Shown here one piece after another: positions 38,999 to 52,451 of a stretch of DNA of 64,000 nt. The notes under the pieces are model-generated. The model did not search any database, had not been told where the DNA came from, and saw only the letters and a list, made by a program, of their open reading frames with translations. Within the stretch, counting starts at the first letter, position 1; each line of letters begins with the position of its first letter. Source of the DNA: Octopus sinensis (Eukaryota); the NCBI RefSeq assembly GCF_006345805.1, contig NC_043012.1, positions 18,104,001-18,168,000 on the forward strand. The letters are read 5' to 3'. The position numbers were made by a program, and so were the translations under genes.

Positions 38999-39202
38999 GA
39001 GGCGGCGAAATCGGCACCACGCCAGGCAAAATGTTTAGCGACATTTCGTCCGTCTTCATGTTCTGAGTTCAAATTCCACCGAGGTCGACTTTGTATTTAA
39101 TCCTTTTGGGTTGGATAAAGTAAACATCGGTTCTACGCTTGGGTCGGTGTAATCGACTTAGCCCTCCACTCCGAAATTGCTGGCCTTGTTCTAAAATGTG
39201 AA
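38999..39202 (+). mobile_element. SINE family C with 21-bp flanking direct repeat
   Basis: atcaatattatttgacaggtg at 38978-38998 and 39203-39223. Confidence 0.88.
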
Positions 39203-39223
39203 ATCAATATTATTTGACAGGTG

Positions 39224-40030
39224 TGCGACGTTAACGTGTCTACTTTGAGACTGAAATCCTTTCAACAGTGTCCGACGAAAAGCAGACATGAGTCCGGATA
39301 TCACGTTTGTTATCCATAAGTTTAAGCATGAATATGATTGCGCGCTCGGCATTACAGACAACGCTATAATCACCCCATCCACATTTCCATTTCAAAGAAC
39401 ATTTAACATTGAGAAAAATAAATTGACTTGGTTTTCAAATTCTAGAAACAAAGATAAAACGTCTCCCAGCGGTTCCAAAAACATTATGACATATTCACAA
39501 AGCTGGTCCATCGAGCTGGTTCACCAGACAGTTCGCAAGGAAAAATTAAGAGGAAGCCACACGCAATACATTTCTGACATTCATGTTCAAATTACCGTAT
39601 TGTATACCAACAGTTCCATGAATCCGATCGCTTTGCTAAAAGTAATATCAAAGTGGGTGAAAGACGCATAACTTCGTATCAGAACAGCGACAGCAGAATG
39701 GGCAAAATCTGTTAGATCCAACGTATATAATGAAAAATGGTAAAATGAGATGAAGCAACGATCCACTTATCCCAACATGGCAGCAATATACCATAACCGC
39801 TGGACATGTTAGCACCAGTTGCTACAGAAAATCGACCAATGAAGAGTTAAGCTCAAAGTTAGGTCGTCAAACATCTCCAGAAGCTCGTGGTTGACTAATC
39901 CGGCCACCTTTGAAAATCTTACTATCAGTAGCGGCAGCTTAAATACTCACAAAGCCATCGGACTTGATAATATTAACACGAAAAAGATCAAGCAGTTGAG
40001 ATATCTGACGCAGAATTAGAATCTTAGAAT
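39224..40030 (+). pseudogene. Decayed APE-RT LINE fragment (Ingi/Vingi-like)
   Basis: LNTHKAIGLDNINTKKIKQL resembles the KA.G.D.I start of the RT domain, with an upstream HQLLQ motif; many stops and frameshifts. Confidence 0.5.
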
Positions 40031-40261
40031 GAGTTACTAAGGAAGTGTAAGGGAGAAAAATGCAGCCTAGAACAAGCCAACCTCTGCATCTCACTCAACC
40101 GATGGAGATGGTGTTTCAGAAAGGACTGACAACAGGAGCCGTTTTTGTTGATCAGTGTGCCGCATATTACACAGAACGCCAAAGATTCTGCTACCTCACA
40201 ACTGTCGCTGAAGTTGTAATATTGGCACCAACTATGGCGGCAAGTTGGGAGAATCGCAGGC

Positions 40262-40670
40262 AAACCGGCCAGGAATGGTTAGTTGTATTACTTCCATCTT
40301 TAAGTTCTGAGTTCAAATTTCATCGAGTTGGTCTTTACATTTAATTGTTTCGGAGGTGACGAAATAGGTACCAGTTGAGCACTGGCTTCGATCTAATTGA
40401 CTTCCCACCTCCCACGAAGCGCTGGCTTTGTGTCAAAATTAGAAACCCATAGTATTACTTCAGCTGAGGCATCGAGGTGACAGAATCGTTAGCGCGTCGG
40501 AAAAATGATTAGCGGCATTTCGTCCGGCTATATGTTCTAATTTCAAATTCTAGCATTGCTTTTAATCCCTTCGGGGTCGATGAAATGGGTACCAGTTGAA
40601 CACTAGGTTCTATGTCATTGACTTATCCCATCTGCCGAAATTCCAAGCTCTGTGCAAAAATTTTAAACCA
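40262..40670 (+). mobile_element. Two tandem degraded SINE family C copies
   Basis: Repeated ttctgagttcaaatt...accagttgagcact and tttaatcccttcggggtcgatgaaatgggtaccagttgaacact modules. Confidence 0.7.
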
Positions 40671-40817
40671 ATATAACTTCTTCAGCTGCAACACATTTGA
40701 CAAAATGACAACGCTTCATTTCCTCTCCTCGCGCGCACCTATATCATTTCCCTTATAAAGCTTTCAAGCAAATAAATAACTGTTATTAGACTTCTTTCTG
40801 TTTTGCAACATCAAATA

Positions 40818-42072
40818 CGGGGTGCGTAAGATATTTAAGGAGAAATTAATGTTTATAAATAAACAGATATTATAATAACAGATAATAACTTTACGCTATG
40901 AGGATGAAAATAAAACTTCTTTTCGATAATGTTATTCAATAAAGCCACCATCAGCTTCAACAACTGCTTCTACATGAGATCTAAATCATCTACATGCTCG
41001 AATCAAGTGATCCTGGCTCATTTTGGATATTCCTCTGACTATAGCAGCTTTTAAAGAAACTTTGGTGTTATGGGCGTCTTCATTGAATTCGTTCTCTCTC
41101 TCTCTCTCTCAACTACGCTCCACATGCAATATTCCACTAGATCGAGATCGAGGCCAAATGTTAAGAGTTATGTGATCAAGAACATTTTAAGCCATATATT
41201 CCTGCGTTACTAGAGCCTTGTGTGTTAGTGCTGAGTCTTACTGAAACACAAACAGCCTTCTATTGCGTACACTGCCTATCCAGGTGTTAACAATTATTTC
41301 CAGGACCTCGGTATAGGCAACAGGGTTAATTCTAAGGCATTGTGGAAAGAAGTAAGTGGGGATCATACATCCCTCATTGCTCACAACCCGTTAAACCATG
41401 ACAATTGCCGGAAAATTTGTATGGATAACACTTGGAACTTTAGAAAGGTATGCACATAAACAACTATCATTTCTTCTGTTAAATGTTTGATATTTGTCGA
41501 AGTTTTTCTCGTTTGAGAAAAACCAAATCAAATCTTCTTCTGCATTTTTCAGTTTGTTTAAGAACCTTTTAGATCTGATGTAGTGATTTTCATTTGCATT
41601 TTCTGACTAATCGACCTTTCCTTATCACATAAGACTTATGTCTGATATTTTCCTGGACAACATTTCTGACTGTTCCTTCTGACACATGGAGATGTTTTGC
41701 AATTGACCTCATGGACTCTCCGGTATTGTAATCTCTGGTCCGTTGAACTTGCTGGATAAATTCAGGTTTCTTGTGATTTCAGAGTGTTTAGAATGTTTTT
41801 TTTATGCTTTGATACTGGTGATACGTTTCTATCTTCTGTCTCTAACTCCTTACAAACTTTGTAGACGAAGGATTGGGTACATTTTAAAAATCGAGATTTT
41901 TCTAAATCGCTATGCCCAGCCTTATTAACCACAGTGGTAGTGTGCTTCTTTATTTCTTGAGTAAGTTCAGTGTCTGCCATTATTATTTTCTGAAATAAAG
42001 ATTATACAGAGTTTGCAAACAATGCAGCAATGGCCCAAAATGTGCATGTCCTCAAATACCTTACGCACGCTG
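40818..42072 (-). mobile_element. Tc1/mariner superfamily transposon (maT/DD37D-like), full length but decayed
   Basis: TIRs cggggtgcgtaagatatttaagga / tcctcaaataccttacgcacgctg flanked by TA; minus-strand remnants MADTELTQEIK..., WFFSNEKNFD...NRRND, VFQ*DSA, ...VEADGGFIE*. Confidence 0.88.
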
Positions 42073-42943
42073 TATTTGATGTCAGTGGTAGTTAGGACCA
42101 TGTCAACTCTGGTGGATCTGACCTAGAGTCAAAGTTATTCGATCACTGATCAACTTGCTGCTTTTAAGTGTTTGCCACACTACATTTGCCAATATTTACA
42201 TTATAAACAGAATATTCTGACGTAATTTGAAGGGAAACTTGTTCGTTAACTCGTTCTAACACCAAAATGTGTGTCCTGGTTATGCATTTAGTGAAGTGCG
42301 TTCTTGAAACTAGATCTGAAAATTGTTTGGCATGCAGACAGATTTGCGATCGGTTCATTAATATTCATCTCTCTTGTGGCTATTAAAAAAGGAAAAGAGC
42401 AGTTTTATTGACAGTTCGTGGAGACTATTCGCAAGTGGCTCACATGTATTTTTTTAATCTCTTATTCAAACAGAATCTGTTTGTTTTCCTTGCAAGTTTT
42501 AAATTTTGCCAAAGCATGATGGCAAAAAAAAAAGAAAATTAAATCGGGAAATTCTTAGCAATGTAGTCACCGGAGACGATGCCGTCTCTATGGTTCGCAT
42601 CAGCAGTAATGGTGGTGTTGGTGTTAGTGTTGGTGTGGGAAAGGGATTTTCAAAAATTTCGAAGAACTGTGTTATTTTTGTTCGATCAACGGGAATATAT
42701 ACACAGGTACAATAACAGACAATTCTATCTTTTTTTCTATGTTGATAGAATATTTCAGCTTAGTATTCTTTCAATTACCCTTTAAAGATATTCCAATTTT
42801 ACACTCTAAAAGTTCTACATTTACATAAGGAAAACCAAATAAATCATAATGTGGCAATTTTTTTCTCATCTAAAATTAAGGAATTTCGTATTTTTTTCAC
42901 GCAGTATATTATATTTTCTGCTTCCTATTTTTCGAAGTTTATT

Positions 42944-42981
<38 letters not shown>

Positions 42982-43434
42982 GCACATACACACGCACACA
43001 CGCACACACACACACACATATATATAATATAGTGGAACGAGCATGTGCAGAAAGAATGTTACTAGTTAAGCGTAATTCGAATGTGTGACAGGTTTCAATT
43101 CCCTGTTTGACGAGATTTAATTTCCGTTATTTCGTTTGCAATCTATCGAAAAGACGAACGAAAAAGCATCTGAAACTTTAAAATATAGGCCATTAAATAC
43201 AAACCAAAATGAAAAAGAAAGTTAGTATTTCCATAGAATGGGAAATTACAGACTACTTACAAAATCAGATTAAGCGAAATATTTTTGTAGGTTAATTTTG
43301 CACCTTCTCAGATTTGACGTTCGCTATCTGCTTTGGATTTCAAGTTTCCACAGTCGAAATATATAACCTCTCTCTCTCTCTCTCTCTCTCTGTCTCATTA
43401 TATATATATATTTCTTTCTTTATACATATATATG

Positions 43435-43484
<50 letters not shown>

Positions 43485-43489
43485 TAGAT

Positions 43490-43700
43490 GCAGATGAATA
43501 TGGTACTTGAGTTGAGGCACCAGAATTTAGTACAGTATTATCCATACAATTTCAAAGTAAGGTGATTAAAATTAAAATAAGCAACAAGGATACCCAGAGG
43601 TAATGCAGTACGATCGTTTCATGAAACTCCATTTAACTGAACAATGCAATCATTATATAATTTAAAATGCATAGCAATCCTCAGCTGCACGAAGACAGAA
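43490..43700 (-). repeat. Penelope pLTR-like repeat with hammerhead motif (family shared with 60570-60920)
   Basis: gatgaatatggtacttgagttgaggcaccagaatttagtacagtattatccatac...aaaataagcaacaagg matches the reverse complement of 60800-60905. Confidence 0.7.
43604..43689 (-). ncRNA. Type I hammerhead ribozyme motif
   Basis: TGCAG-CTGAGGA-ttgct...ttcat-GAAAC-GATC-GTA^CTGCA; stem I perfect, stem II partly mismatched. Confidence 0.6.
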
Positions 43701-44388
43701 TTTAATTAAATGAGAACAGATGGATTATTTAGTATAATTATACCTAAAATCTCCAAAAATTTAAGGAGATAGACAAAGGACATGCTGCTTTCACTCCAAC
43801 ATATAAGATACAAAGGTATCAAGAAGATATACATTGTTACAGACTCTGACTGTCACTGTTTTTTTTGTTTTTATGGGGTCAGTTTTAATTTATAGACTAG
43901 TTTATCAATTTCTAAAGATCATTTCAAATAAAATTGTCTTATAGTATAAAGTTAAAATTTAGGGTAATCAAGAAGATTTCAAAGAATGAAATTATAACCA
44001 ACAGGATAAAACTTCTTTGAATAATTTGTGTATATACCAAATTTTACCACAATAGAGGGAGGAAAAGAAAATTGCAAAGAAATATTTTAATTTTTTGTAC
44101 TTATTATTTATCTAAATATTAACTTATATGGTTTTTATGGAGATAATTAATCAATTGGATTTAACTGATATACATATATATATGGAGAGTTTAGGAAAAA
44201 AAATAACAAAAGACGAAGACATGTGGTGTACAAAACAAACAGATGTATTAGTATAACGCTCAGGAAGAGAAAAAGTATTTTATGTTTCGAGCCTACGGTC
44301 CTCTACAAAAAGGGACACAGAAAACAAGGAGAGAAAAAATGTGTGTAGTGGCTAACGATTATATATACCTATATATAGATATAGATAT

Positions 44389-44520
44389 AGGCACAGGAAT
44401 GGGTGTGTGGTGAGAAGCTTGTTCCAGACCACCGCATGATTTTGCTTTCAGTCACTCAGCGAGGCACCTTGGGCTGACCAAAGTTTTGTAAGTGGATTTG
44501 GTAGATGAAAACGGTAGGAA

Positions 44521-44522
<2 letters not shown>
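44389..44522 (+). mobile_element. SINE family B 5' half
   Basis: aggcacaggaatgggtgtgtggtgagaagcttg...gcaccttgggctgaccaaagttttgtaagtggatttggtagatg. Confidence 0.7.
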
Positions 44523-44574
<52 letters not shown>

Positions 44575-44639
44575 TATATATACATATATTAACAATATCA
44601 TAAATAAGTATTACCCCGAAGTAGCAATAGCATTAACTT

Positions 44640-47600
44640 TATTTCTATAATTATATTCTGCCTTGGAAAGACCAACACATGTTTCAACTGCACCAATTAG
44701 TAATCGTTGTAATGTCAACCTTACTATAAATCGGTGCAGTCACTTCACAGTACTAACTTGATATCCGTCGGTAATGCCGTTTAATGATTTTCTTTTACGA
44801 TGTAGTGTTGTCAGTCAAGTTCTTAATTTTAAGTCCATCACTTCAAACCCTTGTATAGTTTAAATGATAATTACTTATTTATATTTCGTAAATGTACATG
44901 TCGTCTCATGCAAGCATCACAATGCTTGCTCCTGGCTAGAATCTATTACATGCAAATGTGAAAAATATTGTAAAATTCTTCTAAACATAGATCACATATA
45001 TTGGTTTCAGTTCTGTATGGTTTTGCCGTTCAAATTAACTCCCTTTCAATCATAGAGGCCTTCTTACTGTGCTTGAAAGACCCAATTAATTTGCTAAGAC
45101 TTGTTTAGAACCTTTTATTTTTGTCCTTAAACGAACACAAATGAATAGCTTGTCTACTCTTCAAAATTAATTATGTCCCACCGACGTAAAGGAATTCCTT
45201 ACCCTCAGATGTAACTATAAATCTACGTATTACATCTTTAGTCTTACATATATTTTCCACGTAACAGGATTCCCGTTTAGAATAATTGCAAAGATAAACT
45301 TTTATATTTCCGTCAGATTTGGTTTCAATTTGATCGCTGATGGTAGAATTAAATTCATTTCCGCCAAGTTCTCTATTACTATCTCCTCCTTCGGATAACG
45401 TTATCTTTGCTCTATTTCTAGTTGAACATCTATTTGATTTAACGCTATTATTTATGTTAAATTCGGTTATTTCCCTTTCTACAACATTTAACTTCTCAGC
45501 ATTCTTTTCTATTTGGGTGTATTTATACCATTTCACGTTATTATGCTTCGAATTTATTAAGTTATTCTAACTGTAATCGATTAATTGATATTTCGATATT
45601 ATTTTAATATTATGTGCTGCTATAGTTTGTGTAATATTACGACTAAAACAATAACCCAATGCAAACTTATGCCGATTAAAAATTTTGGAATATCCGTGGT
45701 TTCTGGAAAAATATTTTAAATTGGTATATTAAACAATTTAGAAAAAACTGAAATTGACCTGTTTACGAAATGGAACGATTAATATAAAGTAGTCTTCGAG
45801 TTAAGACCAAAGTTTTGATGTTTATACTCGTTTTTCGAACTAGTAAATTGTCTCTGATCTTGATCCATTTAAAACATTGCGTTTATTTTACTTTTATTTT
45901 CTCTTCAATATTTTAGCCGATTTTATATTAAAAGAATCTGAGATTTTATTAGAGAATACTACATCCACATTTCCATTAGCAGAACAAGAATTTTTAACCC
46001 GGTTAGCAACAATCTTACGATTTTTCCTTTTGTTATAAATATAATTGTTGAATTTTTTCAATTCTCACTATTAAAATAATCTACTCTCGTTATTTTATCA
46101 ACTTGAATATTTGATTTTAAATCTCCATCTATAAATTTGTCATAAGTAGATTTGTTTATAGTTGTAGATTTTAGGTCCGCCATATTAAAATTACTATTTA
46201 AATCTGATTCAAAATTTTGACTTATTCAACTCAATTTTATCATTACATCCAGCTTTTCTCAGTAACAAGTTATAGTAGTCTTCATAAAGTTTGAAAATAT
46301 TCTCATTGTCTGAAAATTTGCTTATTCTAGACTAAGCGTTCTTTATAAATGAGTTCGTTGCTAACATGGAATGATTATTTTTAATATTTATAAATTCTAT
46401 GTTTTTATTAGATTTATAAAAGGATTTATAAATTCATTTTTTAATCTCCAACTTAAGGGCTGAGACGTTTACAGTCATCTTCATCTATAGTAATAGATAT
46501 ACATCTATATTTAAAGAACCTTAAACAATTCTGTAATTTTTCAATGTTATACATCATGTTTACATCATCGCTATATAGACCCCCTGCTATTTCTGGAATT
46601 CCCTATTTAGAGAAAACAATATATAAACTCCTACCAAATCAGGAAATTGTCCCAAATTCGTAGACCCCATCGTAGTGTCACACATATTCGGCCTCTCCTT
46701 CTTAATCCATTATTTATTCTCAAATGTAATGCTAGATTTAATGATAGATTTAATAATAGCAACTAAAATAAAAGGTTTCATCCCTAGTTATTTCCGAATT
46801 TTCTTTTGCAAAATCAGCGCCATATTAATTAGTATTAGGATTATAGAAGCATAGTAATTAGAAATATCTATCGGGATTAATTAGTTTTATCCTTATTTTG
46901 CAGTTATGTAAATGAGTTAATCACTTCATTTATACTGTTTCGGTATATATTTATCTAATATGATTTTACTAATTCTAGCAAGATCGGATTTAGAAGGAGA
47001 TGTAAGTGTAATAGTTGGATTAGAATAAAATTAGATTTAAGGTGCTTAAGAATAATTCTTGGAGCTTTATGTTAATAAGGTTCCGGTTTATTTTCCTAAT
47101 TTCGTTTGCTTGAATGTTTAGTTGCTTCAGGGTTTTGGAATCCGTAATCTTATAGTTTTTAATTATTTCTTTCTTTAGAAGCGAGTGGTAAATGGAGTAG
47201 TTATCGGCATAAACCAGAATACCACTTAACCCCAAAAGTTCATTAGTTAAAGTATGCAGTTCTTGAAGCTATTTGTGTTTCCTAAGGAGGAATATATAAA
47301 AGTTTACATTTTTAACAATTCTCCGGGGTTCATCTTCAAAATTGGGCCAAAGATTAGTCAGCTGGTGGATATCGTCTATTTTTAAAATTTTGCTAATTGC
47401 AATCAATCACCATATTGTTAAGATCTTTATTATCATCAAAGACTTTCCATCTCATACAGTATATAAAGGAACTTATCTTATATATGAAGTCTTTAATATC
47501 AGGTCATCCCATAAGTCGTGTCTGAATTTTGAATAAAGAAAACAAGTGATCAAATGTTATATTAAAATGAAATTTAACCATCAATGTACTTTCCCTGATT

Positions 47601-48760
47601 TTCAATGACATCCTTCCATCTATTTACAAGCTTTTCAATTTCATCACTGTAAAACTCTTTTGGTTTCAAAGCGAAGAACTCTGAAATGTCAGTTTCGACC
47701 TCCTCTTGGCTTCCGTAATTTATGTCCCCCAAATCATGCTGTAAACTAAGAAACAAATGGTAGTCTGAAGGAGCAAGGTCGAGAGAATAAGGTGGATGAG
47801 GAATTCTGTGATGTAATCTTTGCAGTGTGGAGTCGTGCGTTGTCCTGATGAAACATCACTCCTTTTCGATTCACTAAAGCGGGTATTTTCTCTTCAAAGC
47901 TTGGTTCACACGTCGCTGATTGCTGACAGTAGACTTGAACATTGATTGTTGCATTAGATGGTAACAATTCAAAGTGAATTACTACTTTGCAATCCCACCA
48001 GATAGAGATAACTTTTTCCTTGAAGCTCCCTTGTCCGTCGTGGATGAGCATTTTCCTCTTTTACTAAGCCAATCTTTATGATGTTTTACATTTCGATAGA
48101 AGATCCATTTTTCGTCACAAGTCACAAGTCTATCGCAAAAGGTTGAAATGAGTTCGCGAGAATTGGAGAGAAGAGCAGATATTAACTTGGGATTTAAGGT
48201 TGCATTCGGATAATTCATGAGGAACCCATTTTCCAAGATTAGGAATATTTCCAAGTTGTTGAAGATGAAGATGAACAGTTGTATGGTTTGAACTAAGCTT
48301 TATTACCAATACATCACCTGGTAATGCTGGATTTTCTCCAAGTAATGCCTCAAAGAGTTTATCATCAAACTCAATTGGACACCTTGTTCGATTTTCATCA
48401 TGAAGGCTGAAATCTCTATTTCTCCAAGTTTTTCATTGAGGCATTCTTTCCCATAAACTGAGTGTACTCATAAAGCATTATGTGCCTCAAATGTTCTTTG
48501 GATACTTCCATGGTAGAAAGGGTTTTAACCAAAGAAATTTGAATTCTATTATTCTGTAAGATAATAGTTAATTAGTTTAAATATACACAAATGCATAAAA
48601 ATAATTTTAAATTCCATTAGACATTCTAAAATACTATTAAAGTTCATGCAATTTTAAAAAATGTAAAATTGGACAGAACTTATGGGATGGACTGATATAT
48701 TCGTTCCATGGTGGTAGTGGAATGTCCTTCAAGGCTGCTTCAATGCTTATCGTATCCCAA
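44640..48760 (-). mobile_element. Near full-length Naiad-type Penelope-like retroelement (RT plus C-terminal GIY-YIG), decayed, interrupted by a mariner
   Basis: Minus strand in order: LKDIPLPPWNEYIKDFIYKISSFIYCMRWKVF (across the mariner), ILVYADN, WIKKERPNMCDTTMGS...DLVGVYIL, GGLYSDD (GLYRDD-type RT motif), CKTKDVI...FLYVGGT, HLCSFKDKNKR.TSLSKLI, then a 3' hammerhead-like motif. Confidence 0.88.
47499..48695 (-). mobile_element. Mariner (DD34D-type) DNA transposon, frameshifted, same family as 37369
   Basis: TIRs tcaggtcatcccataag / cttatgggatggactga with TA at 47497-98 and 48696-97; motifs RLVTCDEKW, WWDCKVVIHFELLP, FHQDNARLH. Confidence 0.95.
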
Positions 48761-48893
48761 AATTATAACCAGTTTGCTCTTAGTTAGGTATTCGAAATAT
48801 GCTATTCAACAGTTAACGTATAAATCCTACGAAGTTCTAAGAGGAAACTGGCAATCATTTTGGGGTAATCCCTTACTTTTTAATAATAATACA

Positions 48894-48939
<46 letters not shown>

Positions 48940-48999
48940 TATATATACATACATATACATATATATATATGTGTATGTGTGTGTGTGTGCATGTCTGTG

Positions 49000-49175
49000 A
49001 GCGTCTGCCTTTATCCGCTCTCATTACCACTTGACAAACTGTGTTGTGTTTACGTCTCCGTAAATTAGGGTCTCGGTATAGAATAAATACTAGGCTTAAA
49101 AATAAGTACTGGGGTCGATTCCGTCGACTAAAAATTCAAGTTGCTGCCCCAATATGGCCTCAGGCTGATGATGGA
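49000..49175 (+). mobile_element. SINE family B 3' half
   Basis: cacttgacaaactgtgttgtgtttacgtctccgtaaattagg...taagtactggggtcgattccgtcgactaaa. Confidence 0.65.
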
Positions 49176-49184
49176 AAGGGTTAT

Positions 49185-49233
<49 letters not shown>

Positions 49234-49564
49234 TATATATATATGTATATATATGATAATTTAACTAATTAATTCTCTAGTTATTCTAAATGGTGAAGTT
49301 GTATCTATATGAAAAACTTCAATGTATTTTTGCTCAAAATAGTATCCTCTGTGCCATGGGTAGTGGCTTGTGAGGGGTTTTGTCTTTCGCCTATCATATG
49401 TCATCTGGTAGACAATCATTTGCTTTAAAGATTCAGTTACCCGCGTGGGAAGTTGCTTGTTTTTTATGAAACGGTCACATATCGTCTACAGCAACATTCC
49501 GATAATAATGGTTTAAAATATTTGTACAAAGCCAGAAGCTTCGGAGGACCGGGTGTAAGGCGAT

Positions 49565-49720
49565 TCTATCGACCTCCGTGTTCAACTGGTAATTATTTTA
49601 TCGACCTCGATGGGATGAAAAGCAAAGTGGCCCTCAGTGGAATTTGCACTCAGAACGCAAGGAAGGATGGACTACCATTCAGCATTTTGCCAGCGCGCTA
49701 ACGGTTTTGCTTGCTCGCCA
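49565..49720 (-). mobile_element. SINE family C fragment
   Basis: ttttatcgacctcgatgggatgaaaagcaaagtggccctcagtggaatttgcactcagaacg. Confidence 0.65.
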
Positions 49721-50827
49721 TCTTACACCTATTACACCACCTTACAACGTCTTACACTCTAAAAATATTGACACAGAGTCAATATGGAATTTAGACTGTT
49801 GCATCTTTCGGGAATCATCAAATTTTTGCTCTAGAATTTTCTCTTAAAAACATAACAGAGCCATATATTGGAGTGTGTCAATAACCTAAAATTAGGTTTG
49901 TTTTTCAATACAACCACTTTCCATTCAGTTTTAAGCAACAGGATATAAGTTAACTACGGATGTACCAACCCGTATAAAAGGAAAACAAAATATCATAATA
50001 TCGTGCATTCACCGTACGCATTGTTTTTGTTATAAATTTTTCGCAGTCCATTTTGAATAAACGTATATATCATAAATCCCAAATCTTAAATCAATAATTA
50101 AGCTTGGTAAATAACACCGCCTTTGGATACTAAGATTGAATTTCATCGAGGTCGGCTTTGATTTGTTACTAGTTCGAATCAATCAACTTGACCTTTCTGC
50201 CATACAAATTGGCACTGTGCCTACTCAAATGAAAATATTAAATGATAATCAGAGAAACGGTTTGCATGCTGGAAATATAATATGACTAAAATGTATAATC
50301 TATCAAATTACAAGGCGTTTTATATCGAATAAGTACTGAAGTAAAATCCTTCATCAGTCGGATTACAAAACGCTTCGTTGTCTATCACGATTCGTATATC
50401 TATATGCGTGTTGTTTACTTCATTCTTGACTTATTATCGAAGATGGAGTTTAACTCACGCCATAATGAAAACACAATGGCTATCTTGACATGAAAGAGAC
50501 AGCATAAGGTAAAAGGAGAAATAGAAAGGCTGATAGTTTGGATACATTAACATATAACTAAATTTATTAATCGTGATTATGGGAATTTGTGTGACACATC
50601 AATCGAATACTCCAAATATTCTATAAATGCCTTAATTAATTAGCCATTCAATATACCTTTCATCTTTCCTCCTTTGCCGCAAGTTGTCTAACCTTAATCA
50701 AAAAATGACCCAATCATTAAGGGTAGAGGCTGACACAAATAAAAGTATTAAGAAGTGTGACATTCATCGTGGCGCTTAATTGTAGATACAATTTAAGAAT
50801 ATCTCTATTGAAGGACAACATGACTTG

Positions 50828-51068
<241 letters not shown>

Positions 51069-52451
51069 TCTTCTTTCACTTGAAAGTATATCATAGTTTC
51101 AAATTTGAGTTGATATTCATTGACCAAGTTGAACCTTGTGGCTATCATTTAATTATCCTTTACATGTAACAGTAAACGTATGGAAATTAACAGTGGCTTA
51201 CTATTCTCTTTTTGTTATTTCACGCATAAAGAAATCATTGTATAATCGATTTCATTCATTTCTTAACATCTCTAATGCATTCGTTAGTTGAATATATAAT
51301 CTTGTCAAATTTTACTCACGTTTTATTTCATTCACTCTTTAACGACTGCTAAGGCAACTTACATCTATATAAAACATTTGATTTTACAGGCCTATACCAA
51401 ATTTCCTGTCAAACTAAATGTAATTAGTTACAGACCAATGTTCCGATCCAGTTCCCTTCAGTAAATACCCAGATGAATTAAACAGGCATGTCTTTAATTA
51501 GTCTATTTTGCGAAGTAAGCTTGTATTCACATGGAGTGAACATAATCAGATTATTCCAGTGATTCCACCCATGACATTACACGATCAGTAGGATCAAAAA
51601 ACAGTCTTTCAAACAGCGGCAAGTTCGATGTTATTGAAGTTGTGAGAAAACAGTTACAGAAGAACAATAAGCACAATTCATCAGAATCTTCAAGGGGCAA
51701 GAACAACCACATCATCAGCGGAATAACGATGAGCGTTTATATTGTAACTCAGCGTACAAGGAATTGCAGTTGAACCTCTTTATTGCATTTTGCAAAATGT
51801 TCTATAGTTTGGTCTTAGATATTCCATTTACGTAAAAGAGAATTTCATCATAGAGAGAATTCCGTTGACCCTAGATATGCTCGATCATTACTGAACTAGT
51901 ATCATATACCAGCACTACAACATATGCATTGCTATTATCACTACCATCATGATCTGTACAGCAGCACGTTCGCCTCCGATAGTAGCAACGTTACTATCAA
52001 CGTCGTTACTCCCAACATTTTCACTGCCACTACCAATCACACTAACAATCACTTTCAACCCAATGAAGACGGTATATTCATGAAAGTATAACTAAGTCTC
52101 CCTCAAATTGCAGTGTGATTTATTTATGTATTTCTGTGTCAAATATCTAAATTACATTTTACAGATTTCAACGCCTCAAACTTTATCCATCTTATACTCA
52201 CATACACGTTTATAAGGCAGGATATTCGCACATTTTTCCGCATTACAAATTCCTGTAATAAAACATTGATTAGTTCGAAGCTACATTACATGCCCCATTC
52301 ACAAAGTAAATTAGTGTACAATTGAACCAAGTACAGAATGCTCGAGAAGTCGACGTTTAAACAAACAGCTTTGCTTTCGCCATATGGTACTATTGTTATC
52401 TATATGTATTTCATTCGTTAGGTTTCTGCCAGAGAGTAAGGCTGATATATA

